A stretch of 33,187 bases of DNA from Candidatus Scatosoma sp. (GTDB taxonomy: Bacteria; Bacillota; Clostridia; Christensenellales; Borkfalkiaceae): assembly GCA_045542815.1 (NCBI GenBank), contig JAZQLT010000162.1, positions 1-33,187 of the forward strand, read 5' to 3'. Made by a program: the position numbers and the translations under genes. Numbering within the stretch: the stretch's first letter is position 1; each line of letters opens with the position of its first letter. Shown here piece after piece: positions 6,401 to 14,652 of the stretch. Below the pieces are notes generated by a model. The model saw only the letters and a list, made by a program, of their open reading frames with translations, had not been told where the DNA came from and did not search any database.

Positions 6401-8215
6401 GGACACTACGAAGCAAACGCAAACAATCTCTACATTTACCTGTATCCCACGCAGTTCGGCGCATCCGAAACGCTTGGCGAAGAAGAATATAACGGCGAAA
6501 CCTGCACTAAGAAGAAGGTACTTGTAAACAGCCTTTATAAAGTGGAAAGCCAGATGATCATGATGGAGAAAGACTGTCATGGTTGGTGGCGTGCCGTAGA
6601 TTTCGACGCTAACAGAACGCCTACCACCTACGTTTATACGTGGACGAACGCGGCGGGCGATATCGTCGGCATGGAATGGGTAGAAGATCAAAGCTGGCAG
6701 AACCACGGCGGCAATGCGGAAATTTACTATAACCCCGTAACCAAAGAGTATGCTTCGGAAACGCAGCACTCCTACAGCTTGGTAGCGACTGTTCAACCCA
6801 ACGGCTGCGAATACGGCAGATATATTTACGAATGCTCCGTTTGCGGCGAAGAATACTATAAAGAATTCGGCGAAGGGCACAAGGTTGCATCGAAAGCAGA
6901 ACTTGTAGCAGGCGCAACGAACTGCGAACAGGGCGTTACGGTTACCGAATACTGCACCAAGTGCAACAAAACGCTTGAAGTGCGTACAATCTATCAGCAT
7001 GCCATTTACGAAAAGGAAACCCTTGTCGGCACCAGCGCGGAATGCGGCGATATCTATTTCGTAATGCATACCTGTCCTTGCGGTCAAGAGATGTGGGAAG
7101 GCGAATGGAGAACGGATTGCAAATTCGACCACGTAGAAACCGTATGGTGCAGAGACGGCGATCTTTGCTCTACGGCATGCAACACTACGCCCGGGCACGA
7201 ACATTATATCGATACGTGGAGATGTGCGATCAATGCTTGCGCGTTCACCTATACAAGAGAATTTAAGCTTACGTACGTACGCGAAAACGGTGTATGCTAT
7301 GCGGTAAGAGAATATCTCTACACCTTCGACGGCGGCAAGACGTATGCCTATACGGACAAACAAGAAGAGCACAACACGGAATACGCTTGGACGACGGACC
7401 CTACCACGGGTGTGCAGACAGAGGTGCATACCTGCCGTCTTTGCAATCAAGTTGTCAGAATTTACAAATGGGATCGCTACGACAGAAATATCTATGAAGA
7501 ACGTCCTTTGGAAGATTACAAGTGGGAAAAAGTATATACGGGTTGCGATTACGTGGAAACGTATTATCGAAACGGTGAAGCTGTGGATTCGTATTCCGGT
7601 ACGCAACACGATTGGGAAGGTAAGGGCAACTATCGCGATAACTGCACCCAGTATTTCTTGGAAGGTCAGCAGTGTGAAGTATGTGGCGAGGTAAACGGGC
7701 AATGGTATGCTCCCGACAGTTGGTATTGGGACGATCACGGCCATAACTGGAACTATGACGAAAGCACGCAGCTCTATACCTGTGACGATTGCGGTACGCA
7801 AAGTGAGACGGGCGCAGACGGCTTGATCTCCTTGGAAGACATGGCGTCGGATAGCGAACTGAAGGTTGGTTACTTCAACTATAAAGAATTCGACATGGAT
7901 TCGGAAGTAACGATTGAAATCGTCATGGACTATCAGGCAGACGGCAGCGGCGTGAAGCTGACGGGTGATCTGTTCACGAAGGAAATTACCAGCCCCGCAG
8001 ACGGTTACACACCCGAAGGCTATTATCAAGAATACCGTGAAGCGGGTATCGTTACGGTCAACCTTGACGCAGTGAGAGCAGCGCTTGAAGCGCAGAGCTT
8101 GGAAGCGGAAACGATCTCGGTCGTATTCTTGGTATTTGACGAAAGCCAGATGGGTGGAGACGGTTCGTACCTTGCGCACGCAGTAACCTTCGATTGGTCG
8201 GTTTACGCAGCGTAA
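3494..8215 (+). CDS. Giant (1573 aa) Cys-rich surface lipoprotein with repeated C-x(8-11)-C-x2-C modules, a beta-sandwich-like segment and a Cys-free Met-rich core
   Basis: GGAGG at 3482-3486 lies 7 nt before the ATG. The signal peptide has a lipobox, ...ALTGLVAC|KPDDDSSSSSS. At least 10 modules resemble ATCTEKGYTTYACAQCGDKYITDYTPMITH. A terminator follows at 8243-8276. Confidence 0.9.
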   Translation: MKQWLKRAFATVCSSIMACTALTGLVACKPDDDSSSSSSPTACTHQWDGGVEQVAPTCESDGSALFTCTVCGETETRVLEGGHIYEETVVPVSCVRNGSTTRTCERCGDSEKKITAAALGHKLEGAVWTKGEDVRVSDCIYQHVETATCSECQETVTHTEDFSKHSWVVSISEYATCSQAGEKLYECEDCDETMTVEYNDVNAHAWVEQSIVDNVITYVCSHNSAHTKTVFSAKTEVAATVPAAALQEAGEVELQNAAIKMDEDVLSQLDGKDVNISVAAVDNTGDLGLSPEDLEKLGNNPVYNFEMTAGEDAVTSFDGSLTVTVPYNLGDGEDPDNIAIWYIDDDGNTTTIQATYSYNASENQGYATFTTNHFSYYTVVRLSPEERCGIYGHDNEVKVIPASCNVQGYTLTECKVCHELTRDNFTAALTHNHETTVTAATCTEKGYTTYACAQCGDKYITDYTPMITHTYEEKVTAATCIAGGYTLYTCTVCHQSYVGNETAATAHNFVDGACSACGRKDPNATVANFYLNMIESLATANTYYLEVEDLHVVTKEDKYGSDVYVHSLRAVVGFDEKGLVGKGEVKMSQVDKRNNEVVDDIDGTATVVFRDGKMYLVEETSGTYSDEMIGVMDQSMMFGGEQGAAMMGQMSAMLEANAEYIETLLSGITAVENSPLDKVFKTVIEYVFTRQDTQDGYKFTLNKDRAKDMYVALQNSTAAETFDLIFGEGAFEAVVTYLKSSLTKTVAEFEADATTELAKWGVQKDVLYALVENMSGGEMNIGEMLTEVGEMQVYAFINAMTEMEMAATDYEGMIDEYAGMFDQVSVFEMVAGMMDSMGGNVSGGGSSDGQMKPMAVTSAGSDSASASDMIDELLEKLSGLTVTFDTDKAGTLLSVNANINDLAMETGEESSFSMDGKISFIPNGSYAAEYENIIKEAQQFEAAFDLTNPIETELYTLFEMGGEMYLWSNGHYEANANNLYIYLYPTQFGASETLGEEEYNGETCTKKKVLVNSLYKVESQMIMMEKDCHGWWRAVDFDANRTPTTYVYTWTNAAGDIVGMEWVEDQSWQNHGGNAEIYYNPVTKEYASETQHSYSLVATVQPNGCEYGRYIYECSVCGEEYYKEFGEGHKVASKAELVAGATNCEQGVTVTEYCTKCNKTLEVRTIYQHAIYEKETLVGTSAECGDIYFVMHTCPCGQEMWEGEWRTDCKFDHVETVWCRDGDLCSTACNTTPGHEHYIDTWRCAINACAFTYTREFKLTYVRENGVCYAVREYLYTFDGGKTYAYTDKQEEHNTEYAWTTDPTTGVQTEVHTCRLCNQVVRIYKWDRYDRNIYEERPLEDYKWEKVYTGCDYVETYYRNGEAVDSYSGTQHDWEGKGNYRDNCTQYFLEGQQCEVCGEVNGQWYAPDSWYWDDHGHNWNYDESTQLYTCDDCGTQSETGADGLISLEDMASDSELKVGYFNYKEFDMDSEVTIEIVMDYQADGSGVKLTGDLFTKEITSPADGYTPEGYYQEYREAGIVTVNLDAVRAALEAQSLEAETISVVFLVFDESQMGGDGSYLAHAVTFDWSVYAA

Positions 8216-8242
8216 GCAAAACTTTATAAGTTTTAAAAACGG

Positions 8243-8276
8243 AGAGCGCGGAGAAATCCGCGCTCTTTCTTTTTAT
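8243..8276 (+). terminator. Intrinsic terminator of the giant lipoprotein gene
   Basis: AGAGCGCGGA, loop GAAA, TCCGCGCTCT, followed by TTCTTTTTAT. Confidence 0.8.
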
Positions 8277-8499
8277 AAAAACCGTCTAAGAGAAAGAAAA
8301 AGCGGGTATAAGTAAAAGAAAAGCGTTTTGCGGTATTTTTTTGAGAAAACAGGCTTGAAAACGCTTTGATTTTTAGTAAAAATATTGTACAATATAAAGT
8401 GATAAACTGTAAGATAGGGTATAATGCCTTGTTGTGGCTTTTTTGGCGAAAGTGCGCGGACAGTAAAATCAGTAAAATAAATCTATCGGAGTTTTTAAG

Positions 8500-11460
8500 A
8501 TGGGATTGATCAAATATATCATGGGCGGAGACAAAAGAAAAAGCCTGAGAAGCTTGAACAAAATGGCAGATCAGGTGGAAGCGTTAGAGCCGAAGTATCA
8601 GGCGATGGACGACGACACGCTCAAAAGCCAAACGCAGGTACTTAAAGACCGCCTTGCGGCAGGGGAAACGCTGGACGATATTCTCTTCGACGCGTTCGCG
8701 GCGCTTCGCGAAGCGGCGAAGCGCGTACTCGGCATGCGCCACTTCCGCGTGCAGATTATCGGCGGTATCTGCTTGCACCAAGGCCGTATCGCAGAAATGC
8801 GTACGGGTGAAGGTAAAACGCTCGTTTCTACGCTGCCTGCGTACTTGAACGCACTCACGGGCAAGAGCGTGCACATCGTTACCGTCAACGATTACCTTGC
8901 AAAGCGCGACGCGGAATGGATGGGAAAAGTCCATAAATTCATGGGGCTTACCGTCGGCGTAGTCGTGCCCGGCATGGAAGACGACGAAAAACGCGAAGCG
9001 TATAAGTGCGATATCGTTTACGGTACGAACAACGAGTTCGGGTTCGACTATCTTCGCGACAATCTGAAAACCGACCTTTCCAGAATGGTACAGCGCGATC
9101 TCACCTTTGCAATCGTGGACGAAGTAGACTCCATTTTAATCGACGAAGCGAGAACCCCCCTTATCATCTCCGGGCAAGGGGAAAAATCTTCCGAGCTGTA
9201 CGGGCAGGTAGATAAGCTCGTCCGCACCTTTACGGGCGGGTTTGACGATGAGCTCAAAGACGAAGAAAACGCGGCGATAGAAGCACTCCGCGCCGAGAAA
9301 AAGAGCAAGAAAAAGGGCAAAAAGAAGGTCGTCCTCGATGAAGCGGACGAAGAAGAAGAGTTCGTGGACTACACGAAGATGACCTTGGAAGAGCAGGCGA
9401 ACTACGAAGCGGAGCTTGCGGAAAAGCGGGCGGCGGCTTTGGAAGCGGCACCCGAAGGCAAGAAATCCTTGGCGGCGCAAAAGGACTGGGATTATATCAT
9501 CAACCGCAAGGATAAGACGGTGGAGCTTACGGACAGCGGTGCAAGAAAAGCGGAAAGATTTTTCCGTATCGACAATATCGCGGAAATCGAGCACGCCGAT
9601 CTCAACCACCACATTCAGCAGGCGCTCAAAGCGCATAAGCTGTTCAAGCTGGACGAAGATTATATCGTAAACGACGGAGAAGTAATCATCGTGGACGAAT
9701 TCACGGGTCGTCTTATGATCGGCAGAAGATACTCCGACGGTTTGCACCAAGCAATCGAAGCGAAAGAAGGGGTGGAGGTTCGCAGCGAGAACAAGACGTA
9801 CGCAACCATCACCTTCCAAAACTATTTCCGTCTGTATTCCAAGCTTTCGGGCATGACGGGTACGGCAAAGACGGAAGAAGCGGAATTTAGAACGATTTAC
9901 TCCTTGGACGTTGTGGAAATCCCCACCAACCGTCCCGTAAAGCGTGTTGATTTGCCCGATATGGTATATTCGACGGTGGACGGCAAGAAGCGTGCGATCG
10001 TAAATGAAATCATGCAACGCCACGAAAGCGGTCAGCCGATTTTGGTCGGTACTTCGTCCGTAGATAAGTCGGAAGAAATTTCCCGTCTTTTGAAGAGAAA
10101 TGGGGTCAAGCATAACATTTTGAATGCAAAGAACCACGAACGCGAAGCGGAAATCGTGGCGCAGGCAGGGCGCTTGGGCGCGGTTACGATCTCCACCAAC
10201 ATGGCGGGGCGCGGTACGGATATTCTGCTTGGCGGTAACCCCGAATACCTTGCGAAAAAGCGTCTGCGTGAAGAAGGCGCGGCAAGAGAAGACATCGAGC
10301 TTGCAATGAGCACCTATATCACGGAAGTGAGCGATGATATCCTTGCTCTTCGCGAAAGATATAAGAAAGTTTACGAATATTACAAGAAAGAAACGGACGC
10401 GGAAAAGGAAAAGGTAATGGAAGCGGGCGGACTTTGTATCATCGGTACGGAACGCCACGAATCCCGCCGTATCGACAACCAGCTGCGCGGTCGTGCAGGC
10501 CGTCAGGGGGATATCGGTATGTCCGTATTCTTCCTGTCCTTGGAAGACGATCTCGTGCTTCGTTTCGGCGGCGAAAGAATGAAGGCGCTGTATTCCTTCT
10601 TCAAGATTGACGAAGATACTTGTTTGCAATCGAAGATGCTTTCTCGCGGTATTGAAAACGCGCAGAGAAACATTGAAGGCAGAAACTTCGGTATCCGTAA
10701 AAACGTCCTGCAATACGACGACGTCATGAACAAACAGCGTATGGTCATGTACGAGGAACGTATGAACGTGCTCCGCGGTGCGGACGTGCACGAGCAGGTG
10801 CTTAAATATATCCCCGATTACGTAGCGGAAACGCTGTCGGCGGCGGTGAACGTGGAAGACATGCCCGAGCTTTGGAACGAAGAAGAACTCAATGCCGCGT
10901 TGGAAGCAAAGGTTCTGCCCGAAGGGACGAATTACGTTACCCGCGAACGCTTGATGAAGTGGGATTACGAGCTCGCGCTCAAAAAGATTTGCAAAAAGGT
11001 CGTTAAAGAATACGAGAAGAGAATTGAAGAGCTGAAAGAGCTCGGTGTGGATTTCAGCGCGATCGAACGCCGCGTGCTCCTTATGGCGGTAGATAGAAAC
11101 TGGATTGACCACATCGACGCGATGGATCAGCTCAGAAAGGGTATTTCCCTGCGTGCTTACGGGCAGGTAGATCCCATTATCTCCTATAAGAAGGAAGGCT
11201 TTGACATGTTCGACGAGATGGTGGCGCGCATTCAACGCATCACAATCAGCACGCTGTTGAAGGTCAAAGTGGAAGCGCGTCCCGCGCCTATACAAAGAGT
11301 AGCGCCTCCTGCCGCGCCTGCGTCGAACGCAGCTCCTGCGCCCGCGCAAGCGGACAGAGCTTCGCGTCCCTTCCGCCGTCAAATGCCCGCGCCTTTGTCC
11401 GATATGTCTTCGTTCAAGGCGGCGCAAGCGGCAAGAGAAAACAACGCTGATAAGAAATAA
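8500..11460 (+). CDS. secA: Preprotein translocase ATPase SecA
   Basis: ...MRTGEGKTLVSTLPAYLNAL...VTVNDYLAKRDAEWMG...DEVDSILIDEARTPLIISG...TNMAGRGTDI...LRGRAGRQGD. It carries a charged insertion of about 70 aa and an Ala/Pro-rich, Cys-free C-terminus. Confidence 0.97.
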   Translation: MGLIKYIMGGDKRKSLRSLNKMADQVEALEPKYQAMDDDTLKSQTQVLKDRLAAGETLDDILFDAFAALREAAKRVLGMRHFRVQIIGGICLHQGRIAEMRTGEGKTLVSTLPAYLNALTGKSVHIVTVNDYLAKRDAEWMGKVHKFMGLTVGVVVPGMEDDEKREAYKCDIVYGTNNEFGFDYLRDNLKTDLSRMVQRDLTFAIVDEVDSILIDEARTPLIISGQGEKSSELYGQVDKLVRTFTGGFDDELKDEENAAIEALRAEKKSKKKGKKKVVLDEADEEEEFVDYTKMTLEEQANYEAELAEKRAAALEAAPEGKKSLAAQKDWDYIINRKDKTVELTDSGARKAERFFRIDNIAEIEHADLNHHIQQALKAHKLFKLDEDYIVNDGEVIIVDEFTGRLMIGRRYSDGLHQAIEAKEGVEVRSENKTYATITFQNYFRLYSKLSGMTGTAKTEEAEFRTIYSLDVVEIPTNRPVKRVDLPDMVYSTVDGKKRAIVNEIMQRHESGQPILVGTSSVDKSEEISRLLKRNGVKHNILNAKNHEREAEIVAQAGRLGAVTISTNMAGRGTDILLGGNPEYLAKKRLREEGAAREDIELAMSTYITEVSDDILALRERYKKVYEYYKKETDAEKEKVMEAGGLCIIGTERHESRRIDNQLRGRAGRQGDIGMSVFFLSLEDDLVLRFGGERMKALYSFFKIDEDTCLQSKMLSRGIENAQRNIEGRNFGIRKNVLQYDDVMNKQRMVMYEERMNVLRGADVHEQVLKYIPDYVAETLSAAVNVEDMPELWNEEELNAALEAKVLPEGTNYVTRERLMKWDYELALKKICKKVVKEYEKRIEELKELGVDFSAIERRVLLMAVDRNWIDHIDAMDQLRKGISLRAYGQVDPIISYKKEGFDMFDEMVARIQRITISTLLKVKVEARPAPIQRVAPPAAPASNAAPAPAQADRASRPFRRQMPAPLSDMSSFKAAQAARENNADKK

Positions 11461-11468
11461 GGATAACT

Positions 11469-12566
11469 ATGTTTAAAGCAGACGATTACAGATTAAAAAT
11501 ACAGGGCATGCGCGGTATCTTACAGGAAGCGGAATACGCACTGGATATCGAGCATCTTCGTCCCCGTCTTGCGGAGCTGGAAAAGGAACAGGAAAACCCC
11601 GACGTTTGGCAGGATTTGGAAAGATCCACCAAGATTGGGCGGGAAATTTCCGCAATCCGCAACAAGATCAACGCCTACGAACAGGGTGCAACGGCTTTGT
11701 CAGACGCCGAAGACGTCATCGATCTCATTGAAGAAACGGAAGACGAGAGCTTGATTGCCGAGCTGGACGAAATGCTCTCCGCGGCGGAAAAGGATATTGA
11801 AGACATGCGTATTCGCGCAATCTTAAAGGGCCCGTACGACAACCATAACGCCATGCTCGCGCTCCATGCGGGCGCGGGCGGTACGGAAGCTTGCGACTGG
11901 TGTCAAATGCTTTATCGTATGTATTGCCGTTACTGTGAAAAAATGGGCTTTAAGGTCTATGAGCTCGACCGCGAAGCGGGAGACGGCGCAGGCTTTAAGA
12001 GCGTGGATTTCCGCGTAGAAGGCGAAAACGCATACGGGTATTTAAAAGCGGAGATGGGGGTGCATAGACTCGTGCGAATTTCTCCTTTTGACGCGAATAA
12101 GCGCCGTCAGACTTCTTTCTGCTCGTTGGAAGTTATGCCCGAAGTAGAAGAAGACGACGAAGTGGAGATCAACGACGACGATATCCGTATCGATATCTAC
12201 CATTCGGGTGGGGCAGGCGGTCAGAACGTCAACAAGGTCGCTTCCGCCGTTCGTATCACCCATTTCCCGACGGGGATTGTGGTACAGTGCCAGAACGAGC
12301 GTTCGCAGCTTCAAAACAAAGCGATGTGCTTTAATATGCTTCGCTCCAAGCTCTTGGAAAAGAAGATCGAGCAGCGCCAAGCGGAAGCAGCGGCGATGAA
12401 AGGGGACGTGAAGAAGATAGAATGGGGCGCGCAGATCCGCTCCTACGTATTCTGCCCTTACACGCTTGCCAAAGACCACCGCACGGGCTTTGAAAAAGGG
12501 GATATCCAAGCGGTCATGGACGGGGATATCCACGGCTTTGTCATCGATTATTTGAAGAAATCTTAA
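11469..12566 (+). CDS. prfB: Peptide chain release factor 2, encoded in one continuous frame (no programmed +1 frameshift)
   Basis: Contains SPF (RISPFD) and GGQ (GGAGGQNVNK) motifs. It is full length at 365 aa from an ATG 8 nt after the secA stop, with AAGGA as RBS. Confidence 0.95.
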   Translation: MFKADDYRLKIQGMRGILQEAEYALDIEHLRPRLAELEKEQENPDVWQDLERSTKIGREISAIRNKINAYEQGATALSDAEDVIDLIEETEDESLIAELDEMLSAAEKDIEDMRIRAILKGPYDNHNAMLALHAGAGGTEACDWCQMLYRMYCRYCEKMGFKVYELDREAGDGAGFKSVDFRVEGENAYGYLKAEMGVHRLVRISPFDANKRRQTSFCSLEVMPEVEEDDEVEINDDDIRIDIYHSGGAGGQNVNKVASAVRITHFPTGIVVQCQNERSQLQNKAMCFNMLRSKLLEKKIEQRQAEAAAMKGDVKKIEWGAQIRSYVFCPYTLAKDHRTGFEKGDIQAVMDGDIHGFVIDYLKKS

Positions 12567-12572
12567 TCTATT

Positions 12573-12598
12573 GCGGCGGCTATTGCCGTCGCTTTTTC
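12573..12598 (+). terminator. Intrinsic terminator after prfB
   Basis: GCGGCGGC, loop TATT, GCCGTCGC (one G-U pair), then TTTTTC. Confidence 0.65.
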
Positions 12599-12623
12599 AA
12601 AATGGGAATAAGTGAGAACGTGT

Positions 12624-13706
12624 ATGTACAATCCTTTTGAAAAACTGGATATTCACAAACCCGAGCCGATTATTTTAGGGATTGAGTCTTCCTGCGACGA
12701 GACGGCGGCGGCGGTCATTCGCGGCAGAAAAATTCTCTCCGATGAGATTGCTTCGTCCGCTACCTTGCAGGCGGAATACGGCGGGGTTGTGCCTGAGCTT
12801 GCTTCTCGCGCACATACCGACGAGATTGCGCGGGTGGTGGAACGCGCCGTTAAAAACGCGGGGATAACCTATCAGGATATCGACGCCGTAGCGGTTACCT
12901 ACGGCGCGGGGCTTTTGGGGGCGCTGCTCGTAGGGGTGTCCTTTGCCAAAGCCTTTGCTTATGCGCTCAATAAACCGCTGATTGCCGTCAATCATATCCG
13001 CGGACATCTTGCCGCGGCGTACTTAGACGAGCCTGCACTCCAACCTCCATTCGTTACCTTGCTTGCAAGCGGCGGGCATACCGCGGTGCTGTACGCAAAG
13101 TCGGAAAGCGAGTTTGAAATTCTCGGCGCGACGCTCGACGACGCGGCGGGCGAAGCGTTTGACAAGGTGGCGCGCGTGCTGGGGCTTCCCTATCCCGGTG
13201 GGCCGCATATCCAGCGCTGCGCAGAAGACGGAAAACCTACCGTGCCCATGCCGAAAATGCTTAAAGGCGGCGGGGGATATAATTTCTCGTATAGCGGGTT
13301 GAAGACGGCGGTCATCAATTATTGCCATACCAAAGAGCAGAAAAAGGAAAGCTATTCCAAAGCGGACGTCGCGTGCTCGTTCCAATGCGCGGCGGTGGAC
13401 GTGCTCGTGGAAAAGACGGTGTCGGCGGCACTTGAAAAGGGTGTTTCCACCGTTACGGCGGGCGGCGGGGTGGCTGCGAACGGATATCTTCGCGAAAGCC
13501 TTGCCAAGGCTTGCAAGCGGCACGGCTTACAGTTGGTTTTGCCGCCAAAGCGGTACTGCACGGATAATGCGGCGATGATCGCGTCCGAGGGCTTGGTGCA
13601 ATTCCGTTTGGGGAATTTTGCCGGCATGGATTTGACAGCGAAAGCGTCCATTCCGCTTGCGGCGACCTTGGAAACGGTGCAAAGCCGTGCGCAAAAGGAG
13701 AAATAA
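12624..13706 (+). CDS. tsaD: tRNA N6-adenosine threonylcarbamoyltransferase TsaD
   Basis: ILGIESSCDETAAAV...VNHIRGHL...GGHT...GGGVAAN. The start is uncertain, either ATG 12624 or GTG 12612. Confidence 0.93.
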   Translation: MYNPFEKLDIHKPEPIILGIESSCDETAAAVIRGRKILSDEIASSATLQAEYGGVVPELASRAHTDEIARVVERAVKNAGITYQDIDAVAVTYGAGLLGALLVGVSFAKAFAYALNKPLIAVNHIRGHLAAAYLDEPALQPPFVTLLASGGHTAVLYAKSESEFEILGATLDDAAGEAFDKVARVLGLPYPGGPHIQRCAEDGKPTVPMPKMLKGGGGYNFSYSGLKTAVINYCHTKEQKKESYSKADVACSFQCAAVDVLVEKTVSAALEKGVSTVTAGGGVAANGYLRESLAKACKRHGLQLVLPPKRYCTDNAAMIASEGLVQFRLGNFAGMDLTAKASIPLAATLETVQSRAQKEK

Positions 13707-14647
13707 TGGAACATTTTATTGAATTTTTCCTGCACGCCGTAAAGGATACGCTTCCGCTGTTGCCCTGGATATTGCTTATTTATCTTTTGATAGAGCTTTT
13801 GGAAAGCAAAGCGGATCTTCGCAAAATCAACCGCTTTGACGGAAAGCTGGGACCCTTGATCGGTTCGGCGACGGGCTTGATTCCGCAGTGCGGATTTTCC
13901 ATTATGGCGGCAAAGCTGTACGAACAGCGGTATATCACCGTGGGTACGCTGCTTGCAATCTTTATGGCAACCAGCGACGAAGCGTTTATTATCATGCTTT
14001 CCTCAGGGGAAGGCGCGGTGTGGCTTCTGCCCATGCTCGCGGTGAAGATTTTTGTCGGCGTAGCGGTAGGGTACGCGGCGGATCTTATTTTGAAATGGAT
14101 AGGACGGGGGCAGGTATGCGTTGAGATACCTTCTGCATACGAAAACGAGCCTAAGACCACGCACGAAATCTTTATACGGCAATATCTTAGCGATAAGGAC
14201 GTGGACGTTAAATGCGCGTGCGGGCGTTCGCACGACGGGGACTCCGTTTGGAAAAAATATATTCTGTATCCCATATGGCATACCTTGAAGGTGGCGGCGT
14301 TTATCTTTTTGGTCAACTTTGCCTTAACGGCGATTATCCATTCGGTTGGAGAAGACGCGTTTGCCGCGTTTATGCACAGAAATCGCTTTTTACAGCCCTT
14401 TATCGCCTGCGCCGTTGGTTTGATTCCAAATTGCGCTTCGAGCGTAGTGCTCACAGAGACCTTTTTAAGCGGCGGAATCACGTTTGGTTCCTGTGCGGCG
14501 GGGCTTTGCGCAAACGCGGGTATGGGGTTTGTCGTTCTGCTTAAAAACGTGCGTAAATGGAAACGGAATTTATCCTTAATTGCCGTTTGCTATGCGGTTT
14601 CCGTTGCCGTGGGGTTAGTGCTGAATATCTTTCCCTTGATTGCGTAA
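13706..14647 (+). CDS. Polytopic membrane protein, ArsP_2/DUF2899-like putative metal-ion permease (internal two-fold repeat)
   Basis: Paired motifs GLIPQCGFS and GLIPNCASS in two hydrophobic halves, with a central loop containing KCACGRSHDGD. Its start overlaps the tsaD stop (TAATG). Confidence 0.75.
   Translation: MEHFIEFFLHAVKDTLPLLPWILLIYLLIELLESKADLRKINRFDGKLGPLIGSATGLIPQCGFSIMAAKLYEQRYITVGTLLAIFMATSDEAFIIMLSSGEGAVWLLPMLAVKIFVGVAVGYAADLILKWIGRGQVCVEIPSAYENEPKTTHEIFIRQYLSDKDVDVKCACGRSHDGDSVWKKYILYPIWHTLKVAAFIFLVNFALTAIIHSVGEDAFAAFMHRNRFLQPFIACAVGLIPNCASSVVLTETFLSGGITFGSCAAGLCANAGMGFVVLLKNVRKWKRNLSLIAVCYAVSVAVGLVLNIFPLIA
14106..14124 (+). repeat. Motif copy c: GGGGGCAGGTATGCGTTGA (identical to 6-24)
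   Basis: Direct reading. It lies inside the central loop coding region of the permease gene (GRGQVCVE). Confidence 0.7.
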
Positions 14648-14652
14648 AAGCT

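Noticed and set aside
7425-7436. Reverse-strand partial hits to the motif: GGCAGGTATGCA at 7425-7436 and GGACAGGTATGC near 7066-7077. Also plus-strand GGGCAGGTAGAT at 9202 and 11161.
   Set aside because: They match only the first half. They are explained by codons, CAT-ACC-TGY for the recurrent His-Thr-Cys of the Cys modules and GGG-CAG-GTA for Gly-Gln-Val in SecA. None has the MGWTGA half.
3599-8179. 1526-aa minus-strand ORF, and the analogous long antisense ORFs at 9136-11427, 21622-23142, 26455-27666, 30125-31063, 25400-26284, 20376-21164, 31102-31839, 1311-2000 and 13780-14481, considered as real genes.
   Set aside because: Those I checked arithmetically (13780-14481 was not checked) lie in the frame whose codons mirror the sense codons of a well-supported gene. 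Their products are low-complexity and Arg/Val/Phe/Ile-rich. They have no RBS or promoter of their own. Near absence of TTA/CTA/TCA sense codons explains them fully.
11469-11560. Programmed +1 frameshift site in prfB.
   Set aside because: The full-length RF2, including its N-terminal domain, is encoded in one uninterrupted frame from ATG 11469. There is no in-frame TGA or CTT-TGA context.
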